64,000 nucleotides of DNA from Geosiphon pyriformis uo1 (taxonomy: Eukaryota; Fungi; Glomeromycota), in NCBI GenBank assembly GCA_016748015.1, contig JAAOMT010000617.1, positions 186,001-250,000 of the forward strand, read 5' to 3'. The notes under the pieces are model-generated. The model was not told the origin of the DNA. It did no database searches and saw only the letters and a list, made by a program, of their open reading frames with translations. Position 1 is the first letter of the stretch, and each line of letters opens with the position of its first letter. Positions 12,180-24,950 of the stretch are shown piece after piece. The translations under genes were made by a program, and so were the position numbers.

Positions 12180-13149
12180 AAATTATTTTTAAGATAATTT
12201 AAAAATATGTGTATTAAATATTATTCCTATTAGATATTGGAATTATTTCAAAAGTGACTTTATTCGACACTAATTTATAAGAAAACGAGAAGATGCTAAA
12301 GTTGACTTTTTAATTATAAATGGCTTAAAGATTCTGATTATATTATCAATCCTTAAATTTGACTACCGTGTAGCTACTGAAAATTGAGGCACATGTGGCT
12401 ATGTGAGGCCACTTAGAATGACGATAGCTAGACTGGAATTAATCTGTTTTTTTTTTTTTTGATTGATATCTAAAAGAATTGGTTTTTGGGCTTTTAATTT
12501 TGAACAGCCCATTTAATGAACATTATTCGGGAGATTATCTTTTAATGCTAAGCAACAAAAGTTAAAAAATAACGTCATGGGTTTGTAAAAATTATTTTAG
12601 AATTCATATTTTCAAAGCCCCATTTTTTCTAATTATTATTATTTTATGATCAGATTATTATTATTAGAGTAATGTATAATTTTAAAATCTCAAATAGTAG
12701 CATGTGAGTATTTAATTCGGACTCAATCGATTCACTATTTTAACATTAATATGTCGGTGGGTAAACATGCAGACCCAATTTTTTACGCATTTAATTAGGA
12801 ATTCTATTCACTTTTATCATCCCTTTTAGCGTACAATTCTAAATACCTAACTTTCCAATTTTTAATAACTATGATAAATATATGAATTATATAAATATGA
12901 ACAATAGAAAGAAACGAAACATTTTAATTTGAAAGCTAAAGTTTGTCTAAAATAAATTCAGAATTTTATAATCCGAGATAGTTATCATTACATATAATTT
13001 GGTGACCTGAATAATTGATTGAATAGTTCCTTCTTTGTTTAACAATACCTTATTATAAATTATAGTTTTAGACATAATATTACATACATGGAAACCGTTA
13101 AAATCATAAAAGTGCTTGGAAGTAGCATCCATCGGTCTATCGTACGGAC

Positions 13150-13515
13150 ACGATTGTGCGGCAGGCCTCAAGAGGCAATTTAGGCTTGTTAATATAAAAG
13201 AAAGTTTGTTTTCTATTGGACATAATGCAGTTGGTCTTTGTGTAAGCTAATATAGTCTTGACGCCAGTCACATGTAGAAAAACGTGTGACTTACGCTTAA
13301 TTTCGGCATGTTTATGTACCAGTTTCGTAGATTGAGATTCGATTACACACTCTCATAAGCAATAAATAAAAATTTATTATGAGAAAATAAATAAAAATGA
13401 ATTTAATTAAAATATATTACATAAAATAATAATTCAAAAAATATTAAAATTGTTATTTAAGATTTTGGTTAAAAATTATGTTTATAAATTTAATTTTTTT
13501 TCATAAATAAATAAA

Positions 13516-13574
<59 letters not shown>

Positions 13575-14225
13575 ATATAAATTAAAAATAAAAACGTCAA
13601 TAATTAAATAAAAGTGATTTTTTATTTTTTCAAAGCTTTAATGTGATTTATTTATTTTAAAAAAAAAATTATTGTAACAATGTATAAAACAAAAAGATTT
13701 TAAAAGTTTATGTTATTACAAAAAAAATTTCTCTTTATCATATTATGTATATATATATATATATGAATAAAATTATTAAATGATTTTAATATAATAATTT
13801 GATTGTTGAAAAAAATTATAAAAAACTTTATTTCCTAATTATGTCAAAAGTAAAACGAGGAATTTACTAAAGCTAAGAATGATGAATTTATTCGTAATGA
13901 ATACTTCACTTGCTACTGGCCGAATTTATATTGAACTTTCATGATAAAATTAAGTTCATATTTATACCATTGATAAAAAATAATAATTAAACTTGTTATT
14001 TTACAAAAATTAATCGGATGGTTTTAATAAAAAACTAGTTTTACTTGTTTATAATTTCTTAAATTAAACAGAAAAACGACTTTTTAACTGGTCCAATTTT
14101 TGCATTTTGTATAAAATATACCGCTGGTTATTTAAAATATATCTCTTTTTATAAATATTATCTTGCTCTGCATTTAAAATATCTTCTTTTAACTTTAAAG
14201 AGTTTTGTAATGAAATCAGATTAGG
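13150..14225. repeat. Left arm of a ~1.1-1.3 kb inverted duplication (partner 19755-21035); includes a LINE 3-prime tail at ~13150-13375
   Basis: The reverse complement of 20810-21030 aligns to 13150-13365, of 20100-20320 to 13760-13970, and of 19755-19975 to 13980-14225. Confidence 0.85.
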
Positions 14226-15005
14226 ATTTGTTTGTGGGAATTGGTTAAATTGGTGAGTATCATTTTGCATAGTGTTAGGAATGGGATAATTATTTTGCTG
14301 TAATGTTTGGAGGGAGGGGCTCATAATTCCCAAGCTTGAACTTGATTGAATTTGATTTGAACTAGAAGGTGCTTGGTTTAAATCTGGTAGCTTATTTGAA
14401 TTAAGATCGAATTCTGAATGTGCTGATGGGTGGTATTGAGGCTGGTAAAATGAGGAATTCTTATTACCATTTATATGAGTGACGTTTTGACCATCAGTAT
14501 AGAGAATCGGATGAGGAATATTATTTCCCTGAGCGGGGGTTTGGTTATTGAATTCTAAATGTGCCAGCGGATGGTGTTGAGGCTGGTTAAATGAGGAATT
14601 ATCATTACCATTAACATGAGTGACGTTTTGATCATCAGTATAGAGAATCGGATGAGGAATATTATTTCCCTGAGCGGGGATTTGGTTATTGAATTCTAAA
14701 TGTGCCAGCGGATGGTTTTGAGGCTGGTTAAATGAAGAATTATCATTACCATTTACATGAGTGACGTTTTGATCATCAGTATAGAGAATCGGATGAGGAA
14801 TATTATTTCCCTGAGCGGGGATTTGGTTATTGAATTCTAAATGTGCCAGCGGATGGTGTTGAGGCTGGTTAAATGAGGAATTATCATTGCCGTTAACATT
14901 AGTGACGTTTTGATCATCAGTATAGAGAATCGGATGAGGAATATTATTTCCCTGAGCGGGGGTTTGGTGATTGCTGACGAGATTGCTTGAAACGCGCTGA
15001 TTCAT
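14064..15005 (-). CDS. N/Q/H/P-rich protein with four 47-aa tandem repeats, an LPDLNQAP motif and a C-terminal coiled-coil-like tail; signal peptide apparently inactivated upstream
   Basis: Open 313-aa ORF in DNA where such length is rare. 141-bp repeat unit. A paralogous C-terminus survives as a pseudogene at 19757-19900. Confidence 0.7.
   Translation of the reverse strand: MNQRVSSNLVSNHQTPAQGNNIPHPILYTDDQNVTNVNGNDNSSFNQPQHHPLAHLEFNNQIPAQGNNIPHPILYTDDQNVTHVNGNDNSSFNQPQNHPLAHLEFNNQIPAQGNNIPHPILYTDDQNVTHVNGNDNSSFNQPQHHPLAHLEFNNQTPAQGNNIPHPILYTDGQNVTHINGNKNSSFYQPQYHPSAHSEFDLNSNKLPDLNQAPSSSNQIQSSSSLGIMSPSLQTLQQNNYPIPNTMQNDTHQFNQFPQTNPNLISLQNSLKLKEDILNAEQDNIYKKRYILNNQRYILYKMQKLDQLKSRFSV
14403..14966 (-). 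repeat. Coding minisatellite, 4 x 141 bp
   Basis: CCCTGAGCGGG recurs at a 141-bp period (~14528, 14669, 14810, 14951). Unit: QTPAQGNNIPHPILYTDDQNVTHVNGNDNSSFNQPQHHPLAHLEFNN. Confidence 0.95.
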
Positions 15006-15527
15006 AGCTGTGCTCTGAAAATTGAGAATAATAAATACTAGGATTATTGTTCAACAAGGTTTAATTGCAGATATTTTGGGTTTTTGAATCAAAGTTTTTC
15101 TGCGGAAAAAGTGGCGAATATATATATTGTAAAAAATGGTGATCTTTACTACAATAGGACGAATTAAGGTGCATTTTTTTTCGACTTGTAAATTTCCAAA
15201 GGGGGTTTCAATTTTCTGTACTACATTATTAAAAAAACCAGTTAGATTTCAACATCTACTGTAGAATTACTGACAAAAAATTCCTAAACGCCAATTTTCT
15301 GTACTACCTTATTTAAAAAGCGACTGTGGCACTGCAATTGTGTTTAATGATTTAACCATTTTCTTGTGACGATTTATTTTAATTCTTCTTACGCCAAAAA
15401 GAAACGACGTTGAATAAGTATTAGAAAATCACTTTGAAGGGTTGCTAAATAAGCTTTAAAATTTTAAAAAAAAATTTTATTGAAACAACAAATATGTTTT
15501 TTAATATCTAAAATTATTTCTTTTTGG

Positions 15528-15817
15528 CTATGGGTCATCATCCCGTTTTTCTAAAACATTTATTACATTGTGAAAAGATGGATGAATATTTTCAGCTTCT
15601 AATCTCAATTTTTTTGAATTGTAGAATAAGATTAAAACTGCAAAGACCAAGCTAACAACTCCTTCGAACCATAAACCTCTTTTTTCCTTGACAGGTTCAC
15701 GGAGTTGATCCATTGCAATTGTAAATCCAATTTCAACGAGACTCGAAGCCATCCATAAGACAGAGGATGATATATTCGCTGAAAGGGGATATGTACCTAA
15801 AAAAGGAAAAGAGTATT

Positions 15818-15849
<32 letters not shown>

Positions 15850-17576
15850 ACAAGTTCGTAGAAAGAATAATAAATAAATTTATACAAACATTCAACAGCT
15901 AGCTCTAAAAAAACTGGTTTTACACCTAGATGTAAAAATCCAATGGCACCGCACACGATTGCAAGTAATAAAAAATTGTTTGGTCTTACTAAAAGAATTT
16001 TTAATTAAACAATTTTTTGAAATTTTAAACAATATTTTGGGAATATAATAATGCAAACTAAATATATCAATTACCTAAAAATATTAATGAAAATAGTAGG
16101 CCAGCCGTTAATGGGACTGATGTCTTAAGAGCAAAATGATGGATATGAAATTTGTCAACCAAGGGGCTAATTAGTCCAGCACCAACCAAACTAGCTATAA
16201 ACATGCTACCAGTTAACCATCCTACATTTCAAATAAGAGTCGTGTTTGTTTATTATTTATTTTCAATTAAACAATATTAAAATAGAAATTCAATAACCTG
16301 CTTCAGTTTCAGTATATTCAAATGCTGTCAACAAGCCACTGCCAAGTTGTGCCAATGCGATCATAAATCCATTTGAAATTGAGAATCCAAGCAAAAGTTT
16401 CCAAAAATTCCAATTCTTTACAAGTTTTTTGAAACCTGGTAGAAAATCTTCTGGAGTTTGACTTGCTGTAAAAGTTGGTGGTGTGGAAGGTTTCTCTCGT
16501 ATAAAAAATGTTGAAAAAACTAGTGCCGTTGCACCTATGGATGTTAAGAGAAGCTGAAATGTAGATTAAGAAATTGAAATATTTAACTTTAAGATAATTT
16601 CACATATTAAATAACTTTTTTTTTTTTTTTTTACCAAGTACTTTAGATCCTTTTGTTCTGAAACAAAATATGGAATAGAGATGCTGGCAAACGCTTCACC
16701 CAAAGGCAGAGCTTCGAAATAACAAAGTTTTGTAAATTTCTGTCTGATCTTACTTTTTTTAATAAAAAGAATCACAGTTAAAATAAATTACAAATAGTAG
16801 CAATCATGGTAGCCGTTGTTCTTCCGCTTTCATTAAACCAAGTCATAGCATACTATAAGAGTAGTATTAAAAATTAAAATTCGACGAGAGCTTGAGAAAT
16901 ATTTCATTTGAATTAATAATTACCATGACAGGTATTGTTATAAAAAATGGATCAGCGATGGCACAAATAGTCTAGAAAAGAGGGAAGTTAAAATTTTTGA
17001 TTTATTGTAGTTGATGGTAATTTTTTTTTTCAAATTGTCTTACCTGACCAACAGCAACAATCGCGAACCGTTTAGACGCCTCATCAAAGTACGTTGCAGA
17101 AAATCGAACCCATGTTCCGATGGCATTAAAAAGTGCTCCAATTAAAAGCTAAATTTTTTTTTGGAAATTGTATAAATAAATAAAATTATCTTTTTTAATA
17201 AATTTCTTATACAATATTTGTTATTAATACTTACTCCCCTAGTAATTCCATATTTTTCTATAATAGGAGTACTGAGAAAAGATACAAATATAAAAACAAC
17301 CATATATTCCAAGGAAAGCATGTTGATAGTGGTCAAAGAAACGTTAAAATAATTGGTTGAAATGTTTGGAATTGGAGAAAAAGTCAACCAATTAAAGGTT
17401 GATGATATATTAAGAAGAACGATTACGATTAGACCAGCCCAACGTTCTTTATATACTCGATAGAATGATTCATTTAAAGATGTTGATGAAAGGGACGAAA
17501 GTGATAATGTATCTAAACTTTTCGTAATATTTGATCGTGAATCTACTAGAGTTAAAAAGCTTTCTCCTCTTTCCAT
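15528..17576 (-). CDS. Major facilitator superfamily transporter, FLVCR/SLC49-like, multi-exon
   Basis: N-terminal YRVYKERWAGL...NWLTFSPI...INMLS signature, WFNESGRTTATM, EKPSTPPT and FLELAVE..YP motifs spread over several GT-AG exons. Stop at 15528-15530. Confidence 0.85.
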
Positions 17577-19754
17577 TTTTTTTTTTTTAATAAAAATAAA
17601 GTTAAGAATAAATGGAGAGAAACTCTTGAAATTTTTAATAAGAAAAATTTGGAAGATTGTTTATTAAATTCTTTCCATTTTATAATTATTTTTTTGAAAT
17701 GATTCCAAAAAAAATTACGCATTTATAATATCTATATTCTAGGAGCACATTTACTGATTATGTTAAATTTCATTTTGTTTTCACGAACAACTAGTAATTA
17801 ATCTACAATCATTCAGATTTAGTAAATAGTACAAGGTTAAGAAACTTTAATTTGAAATGAGGATATGAGATGTGAGACTTATTTTTGAATGAAGACTAAC
17901 GGCAACAGCAAAAATAACATTTTCAAGCCTTTTTACTTTAAATGCTTTCTTATGGCAACCTGAGATTATGAATATTTTTAAGATTTATTTTTGTTTTTGA
18001 TCGTCAGAGTTTGGATAAATTTAAAATCAAAGAAAATGTCGAGAAATAATGTGAACAAACATGTCTAGCACGCAATTTTTAATTATTAAACTTTAATTCT
18101 ATTTTAAAAAATATCTTTCATTCAGATATGGATTTGTGCGTCTAAAATTCTGTCACATATGTATGTAGTACTTCGTTCTATTCTAGATTACCAAACTATC
18201 AAATCTAGTCTTTATTTACTTTGGTTTCTGCAAAATTTTATTTTAATCAATGTCAAAGATTCAATTTTACTGGTTAAGATTTTCGTAATCCTAACCAAAA
18301 TCCTAAATAACGCGGTGATCTTATTGAATAATTATCAAGCAAAACTCATACAAAATGGGTATCTTTGATTTATTTTAATAATTTCATGCAGTATGATCCC
18401 ATTATGTGGTTACATATTGGCAACACACATAATAATAAATGCTTACAATTTATGATTAAATTCTACAGTGATCATGTTCATTTCTTAATTTATCAATAAT
18501 TTTCAAACTTTAATTAATTTACTAATTGCTATAAACAAAGAATGTCCCTTTTTTTAAATTGTTCACTATAAAGTAATTTTCATAGTCAAGTATTAAATCT
18601 TGATATGAAATCAAATTTGAGAATTATTATTATTATACTCATTGTAAATCTTTTGAAACCATTTTTTCATTAGATCTTTAAAGGCTCAGCTTTTTAATTA
18701 ACGAGCAATCCATCTAAACAGAATGAGCTTCTTGAAAAAGTAAAAATAATACTGTAATGCCTTATTAATATCAAAAATGTCAATAAGACACTCCAAAATT
18801 TTCATAAAAACCTTTTTATAAGTAACCTAAAAATATTCTCAGCAAAGCTTTCATCAGCTATTTTAACGTATTTTTATATTAGTCTCTTTATTTTCATTTT
18901 TTTTTCTGGGTTTTTTCCCATTTTTCATGATGCGAATACTTCCCTTAAATCAAAATTTTCGAAATTTTAAATGGAAAAACTATGTGTTTTGTAAGGTTTT
19001 TATTTGTTAAATTAAATTTTCGCGTCAAACTGGTTAAAATATCGATATGATCTATTATAAAAACAAAATTTTTAGAAACGGGTGAAATTTAGACAAGCCA
19101 ATATAAGAGATTTAGAAAAGATAATTTTTAAAAAAACCCTAGTTTATGTTTATTTGAGCTTTTTCATATAGAAAGCACAACATGTTTGGTTATAACTTGC
19201 TATCATATGTTATCTTGTATTATTGCTGACTATTTCATATTATTTTGTATTATAGCTTATTATTACAAGTTATAACTAATTTTGTAGATCTTTTGGTTAT
19301 TAAATATTAATTTGTTTTTGCTGTTTTCTAGCTTAGGTAACAGCATGGATGACTTTTTAATTTAAATATGTATATTATTTTCCTTTTCTAAAAATTTAGT
19401 AAGTTTAACAATATATAAAAAAGATTATAAGTACTGTTAACAAAATAATATTTTTGATTATAAATAGATCTATTTAAGATAAAGAAATACAATTTCATAG
19501 CTGGTGTAATTAAAAAATTAACTATAAGATTAGCAACAACTTTAATAATTAGTTCAAGTTCAAATACAACTAGTAATTTGAAAATCAAGTTAATTATAGT
19601 TTTGTTCATAATTTAAATATTTTTTCTTGTTTTTAATTGTTAATTGCTGTTCTAAAATTTAGTTATAATGGTAAATTAGTAAACAAAAATAATTAATTTT
19701 TAATAATTGGTTTATTAGTCCAGTTTTTTTTAAAGATGTTAAGATAATTAAAAG

Positions 19755-21035
19755 TTCTGATTTCATTTCATAACTTTTTAAAGTTATAAGAAGATATTTT
19801 AAATACAGAGTAAGATAATATTTATAAAAAGAAAGATATTTTAAATAAGGAGTGGTATATTTTTTACAAAAAGCAATAATTGGACCAGCTAAAAAATTAT
19901 AAACATGTAAAACAGATTTTTTATTACAATAATCCGATTAATTTTTGTAAAATAACAAGTTTAAATTATTATTTTTTCACTTATTTAGCTTTTTTCATTT
20001 AAAGAAAATATTGTCATTAGAAAGAAAAAAATTTGCTTTAATAATTGAAAAAAATTTTGACCATTAGCAAAACATGTCAAAACAACTGTAGAGCAATTTT
20101 TGTCATTATAAATAGTATAAATATGAACTTAATTTTATCATGAAAGTCCAAAATAAATTCGGCCAGTGGCAAGTAAAGTTTTCACCACGAATAAAGTCAT
20201 CATTCTTGGCTTTAGTAAATACCTCGCTTGTTTTGAAATAGTTAGGAAATAAAGTTTTTTATAAATTTTTTCAACAATCAAATTATTATATTAAAAATCA
20301 TTTAATAATTTTATTCATATTTTTATATTATGATTAAGAAAAAATTTTTGTAATAATATCAACTTTTAAAATCCTTAAGCAATTGTTAAAATAATTTTGT
20401 TTTATAGTGAATAAACTCACAACAGTGCAAAAAAGATTTCAGCTATGTTAAAGATATTTTAAAATTATTTTAGTAACGATATTTAATATTTCAATCATAA
20501 AACTGTTATAAATAACAATTATACCTTTTAATTTAACAAAATTTCTCTTTTTTATTTGTATCATATTAAATAAATATCATATAAAAATGTATGATGTAAT
20601 ATAATTACATTAATTTTGTTACAATAATTGTGATAAAAATAAAAAATATCCTTTATTTAATTTTTAAATAAGTATATTTTGGGTTTTCATTTTCAATTTA
20701 TATAATGATTGACTTATTTATTTATTTATTTATTTATATTACACCAATTTAAAATATTGATCAAATTTTAATAACACTTTCAAGTTACTTGTATTTTTAT
20801 TCATTTTTATTTATTATTGCTTATGAGAGTATACCAAATCACAACCTACGAAACTGGTGCATATACAGGCCTAAAGTAAGCGTGAATCACGCGTTTTTCT
20901 ACATGTGACTAGCCGTCAAGACTAAACTATCTTACATAAAGAAAACCTGCGTCATGCCTAGTTGAAAACAAATTCATAGAATTTAAAACACAAGCCTACA
21001 TCGGCTCTTGACCATACAACAGGCCGAAGAATTTT
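19755..21035. repeat. Right arm of the inverted duplication; includes a pseudogenised copy of the repeat-protein C-terminus (19757-19900, + strand)
   Basis: LISFHNFLKL*EDILNTE*DNIYKKKDILNKEWYIFYKKQ*LDQLK aligns with LISLQNSLKLKEDILNAEQDNIYKKRYILNNQRYILYKMQKLDQLK, and the downstream flanks stay colinear. Confidence 0.85.
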
Positions 21036-21570
21036 ACAGAATCTAAGAGACGCCTAATCTTAATATTGTCTATTTTTTCTATCACTAGATCCACCTCCTC
21101 GATCAAGCACCGCTCTTCGTGTTCGGGCCTCAATTTCGTCATTGGAAGCCAGATTAACTAGCGATGATCAGCCACGAAAGACACCAAATTTCCTATATTT
21201 CGCTGTCTTAGTGTTGTCGGGTAAACTGATTGATTCCGCGAACCAATAGGGTCCAACAATCTTAGTCCAGTTTCGCAAATCTTGATCTCGTTGATGTTCG
21301 GATCTACACCATGTATTCCAGCATTTATTCAAACTCTTCACTGTCACAAACACATTCGTAAACATGATCAGAATATTCAACATCGCCGTATCTAATGTAT
21401 CTGACGTTCAGGTAATTCCTATCATAAAGCTTCGTGTGTTCACCCACCGGCAATCGATCGTGCACCGCCTTCATCAAATACGTCCTCAGTCCCGCTGATG
21501 GCGCACTCGAATAGCCCGTAGCCATGGGACCATTTGTATGTCAAACCTTCAAATCCTTGTCCAATTCTCA
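20805..21570 (-). mobile_element. 5-prime-truncated LINE fragment (ORF2 C-terminus, 3-prime UTR and A-rich tail)
   Basis: MATGYSSAPSAGLRTYLMKAVHDRLPVGEHTKLYDRNYLNVRYIRYGDVEYSDHVYEC is homologous to the decayed KLPIIIRKNFYNKYYLNIFCIYYYRVKFFNHNFIC at ~27000 (LINE ORF2 CCHC-knuckle region). Ends in GCAATAATAAATAAAAA. Confidence 0.7.
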
Positions 21571-23233
21571 TGAATTTTTGGTTTTTAATTTTATTTCAAG
21601 TTTATTTTTAAAAACATTTTTGTTAGCTAAATAATTTTAATTTTTTAATTATATTAAATACTCTGATTTGATATATGTGGCAAAAATTTGTTTTATATAC
21701 TGATCATTGATTGGCATATGGATAATGAATTAATATTAATATGTATAATCAAAATTTTAAAAAAAAATCATAATTTACACAAGTGATTATAATGATTTTG
21801 TTAAAAATTGGCAGTATTGGTATCCATTTTTTACCAATTTACACTAGATTTTCTATTATGCAGTAATTTCCACTCATTTTTTAAATTACAAAATTCTAAT
21901 CTGTAATCTTGGTAAAAATTAATCACTATTTGTGGTTACGTTTCCTTTTTTTAACGAACCTTAAAAAATTGTATTATTAAATGAAAATCTTAAATAATTG
22001 ATCATAATATTTTAAAAAATAAGTGATCTCAAAAGCAATTGTACATTATAATCATCATGAAGATTTTTGGCGTTTCATTATACTTTTTAAATAAATAATC
22101 AGAATTCTATATTTTAGCAAACAAATTAAATCAATCATAATTAATAATCATTTTTCATCTGGTTTATTGAAAGGATGCCTTTTTTGGAAGCATAAAAAAA
22201 GATTATTGATGTTCAACAAACTTTTTTGATCAAATTCCTTAACTGCTTGCTTTTTCAAAAAATCTATTTTTTTAAAAGTAAACGTTTTGATATTTTATTT
22301 CGAATCTTGGCTTTTTTCGATCTGGCGCCACATGGCATGAATATTCTTGAAAGATCTAGAAGATGCAGCAAATACAGATCCACAACTGGTTATTGCCCCG
22401 AATCTAAAATAAGAATCATGAAAGATATCTTTCCTTTGCTTTCTATCATGCATACATAGCTTGTTTGATTTTTCCCTACCTTTCATAATATTTTCCGGAT
22501 TAGGCCCTTAAAAGTTTTGAAGAAGTAATTTCTTTTCTGAATTCAGAAAACCCATTTAGTGCTCTGTAAAAAATATTTCCTTTGATAACAAATGATTGGT
22601 TTTATCGTACGGCTTAAGTTTGAATCCGATCTTGAACTTTAGTTGATCCTTTTTGATTGCAAGACGATACACTTAATTTTAACTGTTTTTGCTTTCATAG
22701 AATCCTCGATTGATTTACTGCTCATCATAATTAAACTTCTTGCTGTCGATTCTGTGGTGGGAAGTCCTATTACGCAACCTTCGAATCCTTCTAGTGTTTG
22801 TCCCACACAGCTAAACAACACCAATTCACAAACACCCCAATACCCCAACTCTTGGGGACGAGGGTTTATGATAATCTATTGATGCTTGTCATATGACAAT
22901 CATCAAGAGTTCTATGCATGAAGCAGTGGTAATGAGTCTCGTTTTAATGTTTTCCGTGTATTCGAACGAATAGTATTTCGCAATATATTCTCTGTCCAAT
23001 TATACAATACAATATGTACATGGAATATTTTACTTTAATCACCAATCATATAAATCTCACTTATTAAAATTATTAAAAGCCCAATATTAAAACCAAATTA
23101 TAAATATAGCTACCCCATTCTATAACCTCGCGTAAGCTACCAAGATCCTCAATTGGTAGGAAATATATTAGGACAAAAGTTCACTACAACAAAGTTCCAA
23201 GTGAAATCAATTTTCCGTAGCTTAGTCGCATTC

Positions 23234-24950
23234 TTAATCTGATTTTTTGGTGTTCAAAGGGTTGCTCGGAGTAATTTCTTCATCCCTGTAAAAAATTAAA
23301 CATCTGTTAATCACAAGAAATTGAGAAAAAGATCATGTTTCACTTTGATACTCACTCTTCAGAATCACTACGCGTGTCTTCGGCATTCTTTCCTTTCAAG
23401 ACTCTCAGCGCTATTCGTAAAATGAGGGCGAACCAATAGATCATAAGAGTTTGGAGCAAAATTAACCCTAGTCCGATTATATATTTAGTCCACCAAGTCA
23501 GCCAATAGCCATTCATTGGATTCCAAATACATGGATTGATTTGTGACAAGCACGATTCAATGAAAGTAGAATACATTATCCATCCATAAAGATAGTGACG
23601 CGTGTATGCCCATGTAAGCATAAATATGACAAACATAGAATCGGTGACGAAACCTGGAAATTGGAGATATTTGAGGCACTTCGCAAGCTATTGAGTAACC
23701 CAATCAAAACATTGAAGAAAAAAAGAACGAATGAATTTTTTCGTCATAATTTGCCTTTCTGCAAAATACAATACTTGTACTTAAACTGTGTCAAGAAATT
23801 TCATGATGTTTAATAAAGTGTAGGAGGATTCACTCACCGCCAGCCAAATATCTGAGAAATCCATGGTAATAAAGACAGCATTTCCAATTCTTGTGAAATT
23901 AGAAAGATAGCTCCCAGAGATTAGCAAGCAAGTGATAATATGATGAGCTACAATCTCCAAGAAATCCTTTCGAGGCTTTTCTAGATTGAGGATGAGAATT
24001 ACAACTTGCTGCAGCCAGAAGCCGAATTGGATTAGGTAGTAGTATTTCTCCAGTGGGGTTAGGTAGAAATGAGGGTAATCAATCCAAAAGTACTTTGTAT
24101 CGAAATACCAATACGAGCTTTGACGCATTATATACTGTGATGTGAAACGAATGATATATTGGAAAAAAATGATAATTGATAAGGTTAATTAAATGCATTT
24201 GAGAATTTCATTAGGGATATGTATCCCTTTTTTTCAACTATCAAAGAATAAGTGGTTGATGGGTGACCGCCCATATAGAAAGAGATTCCAGGGCATTCCT
24301 TATAAACACATCTCCGGATCCCTCTGACCAATCTTATCCAACCTGAAACGCACCACGTTTCATTGCTCATATCTACAACTCACCAATCCAACGGCGGATG
24401 ATATTGAATAATAGATAACTACGTAACTCTGCTCCATGAACCTAGTAAGTTTGGCTTTTTTCTGAATGCCGGCCCAAGTTCCAATCGGTTTGAGCACATA
24501 CTGCATCATCGATTCTCTCGTAAAAGTAAAGACAATGATCCAAAAAAACACTATGCACAGGTCCCATATTCCCTTTCCATAGAGAATCATGGGCATTTCC
24601 CCGTTATGTGATGCTCTCGGATATGTAATGAATAAAAATTTTGAGAAAGGATTTAGTGGGGTGGGGTTGAACAGGTACCCTAGTAGAATAGTCCCAATGA
24701 TGATGAGGGGCAGTTCTGTCAAAAGTTATCATATTAAAATTAGAGTTAAATATGTATATATTTTCAGACGTTGATCAGACAAGGAACGCGAAGAAGAGTT
24801 AGATGGCCAACCTATCTGCCGCTCAATTATGTAAGAAGAAAATTTTGTCGCCAAGGATTTTTTTTTTACGAAGAGCGCTTCATAAATGAAGTTCTTTTCG
24901 TTAGGCCAATTCGAGATAACAGGCTTCGTTTCTGTTACTTTAGTTGACAT
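23234..24950 (-). CDS. LAG1: Ceramide synthase (sphingosine N-acyltransferase), LAG1/LAC1 family, multi-exon
   Basis: TLC domain with Lag1 motif RKDFLEIVAHHIITCLLISGSYLSNFTRIGNAVFITMDFSDIWLA, YGKGIWDL, RFMEQ, acidic EDTRSDSEE and C-terminal KKSD* (KKxx). LAG1 vs LAC1 is not resolvable by eye. Confidence 0.9.

Noticed and set aside
13170-13365. Conserved GC-richer block with a hairpin (AGTCACATGT-AGAAAA-ACGTGTGACT), repeated inverted at 20820-21030; considered as a structured ncRNA or large TIRs
   Set aside because: The second copy is continuous with LINE ORF2 coding sequence and ends in an A-rich tail, so a LINE 3-prime end inside a segmental duplication explains it. The hairpin lacks clear compensatory changes.
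14403-14966. Regular repeats considered as a CRISPR-like array
   Set aside because: Contiguous 141-bp in-frame coding units with no unique spacers, in a eukaryotic context.
22200-22900. Short overlapping ORFs of moderate GC downstream of the ceramide synthase
   Set aside because: No recognisable motif, splice structure or consistent strand.
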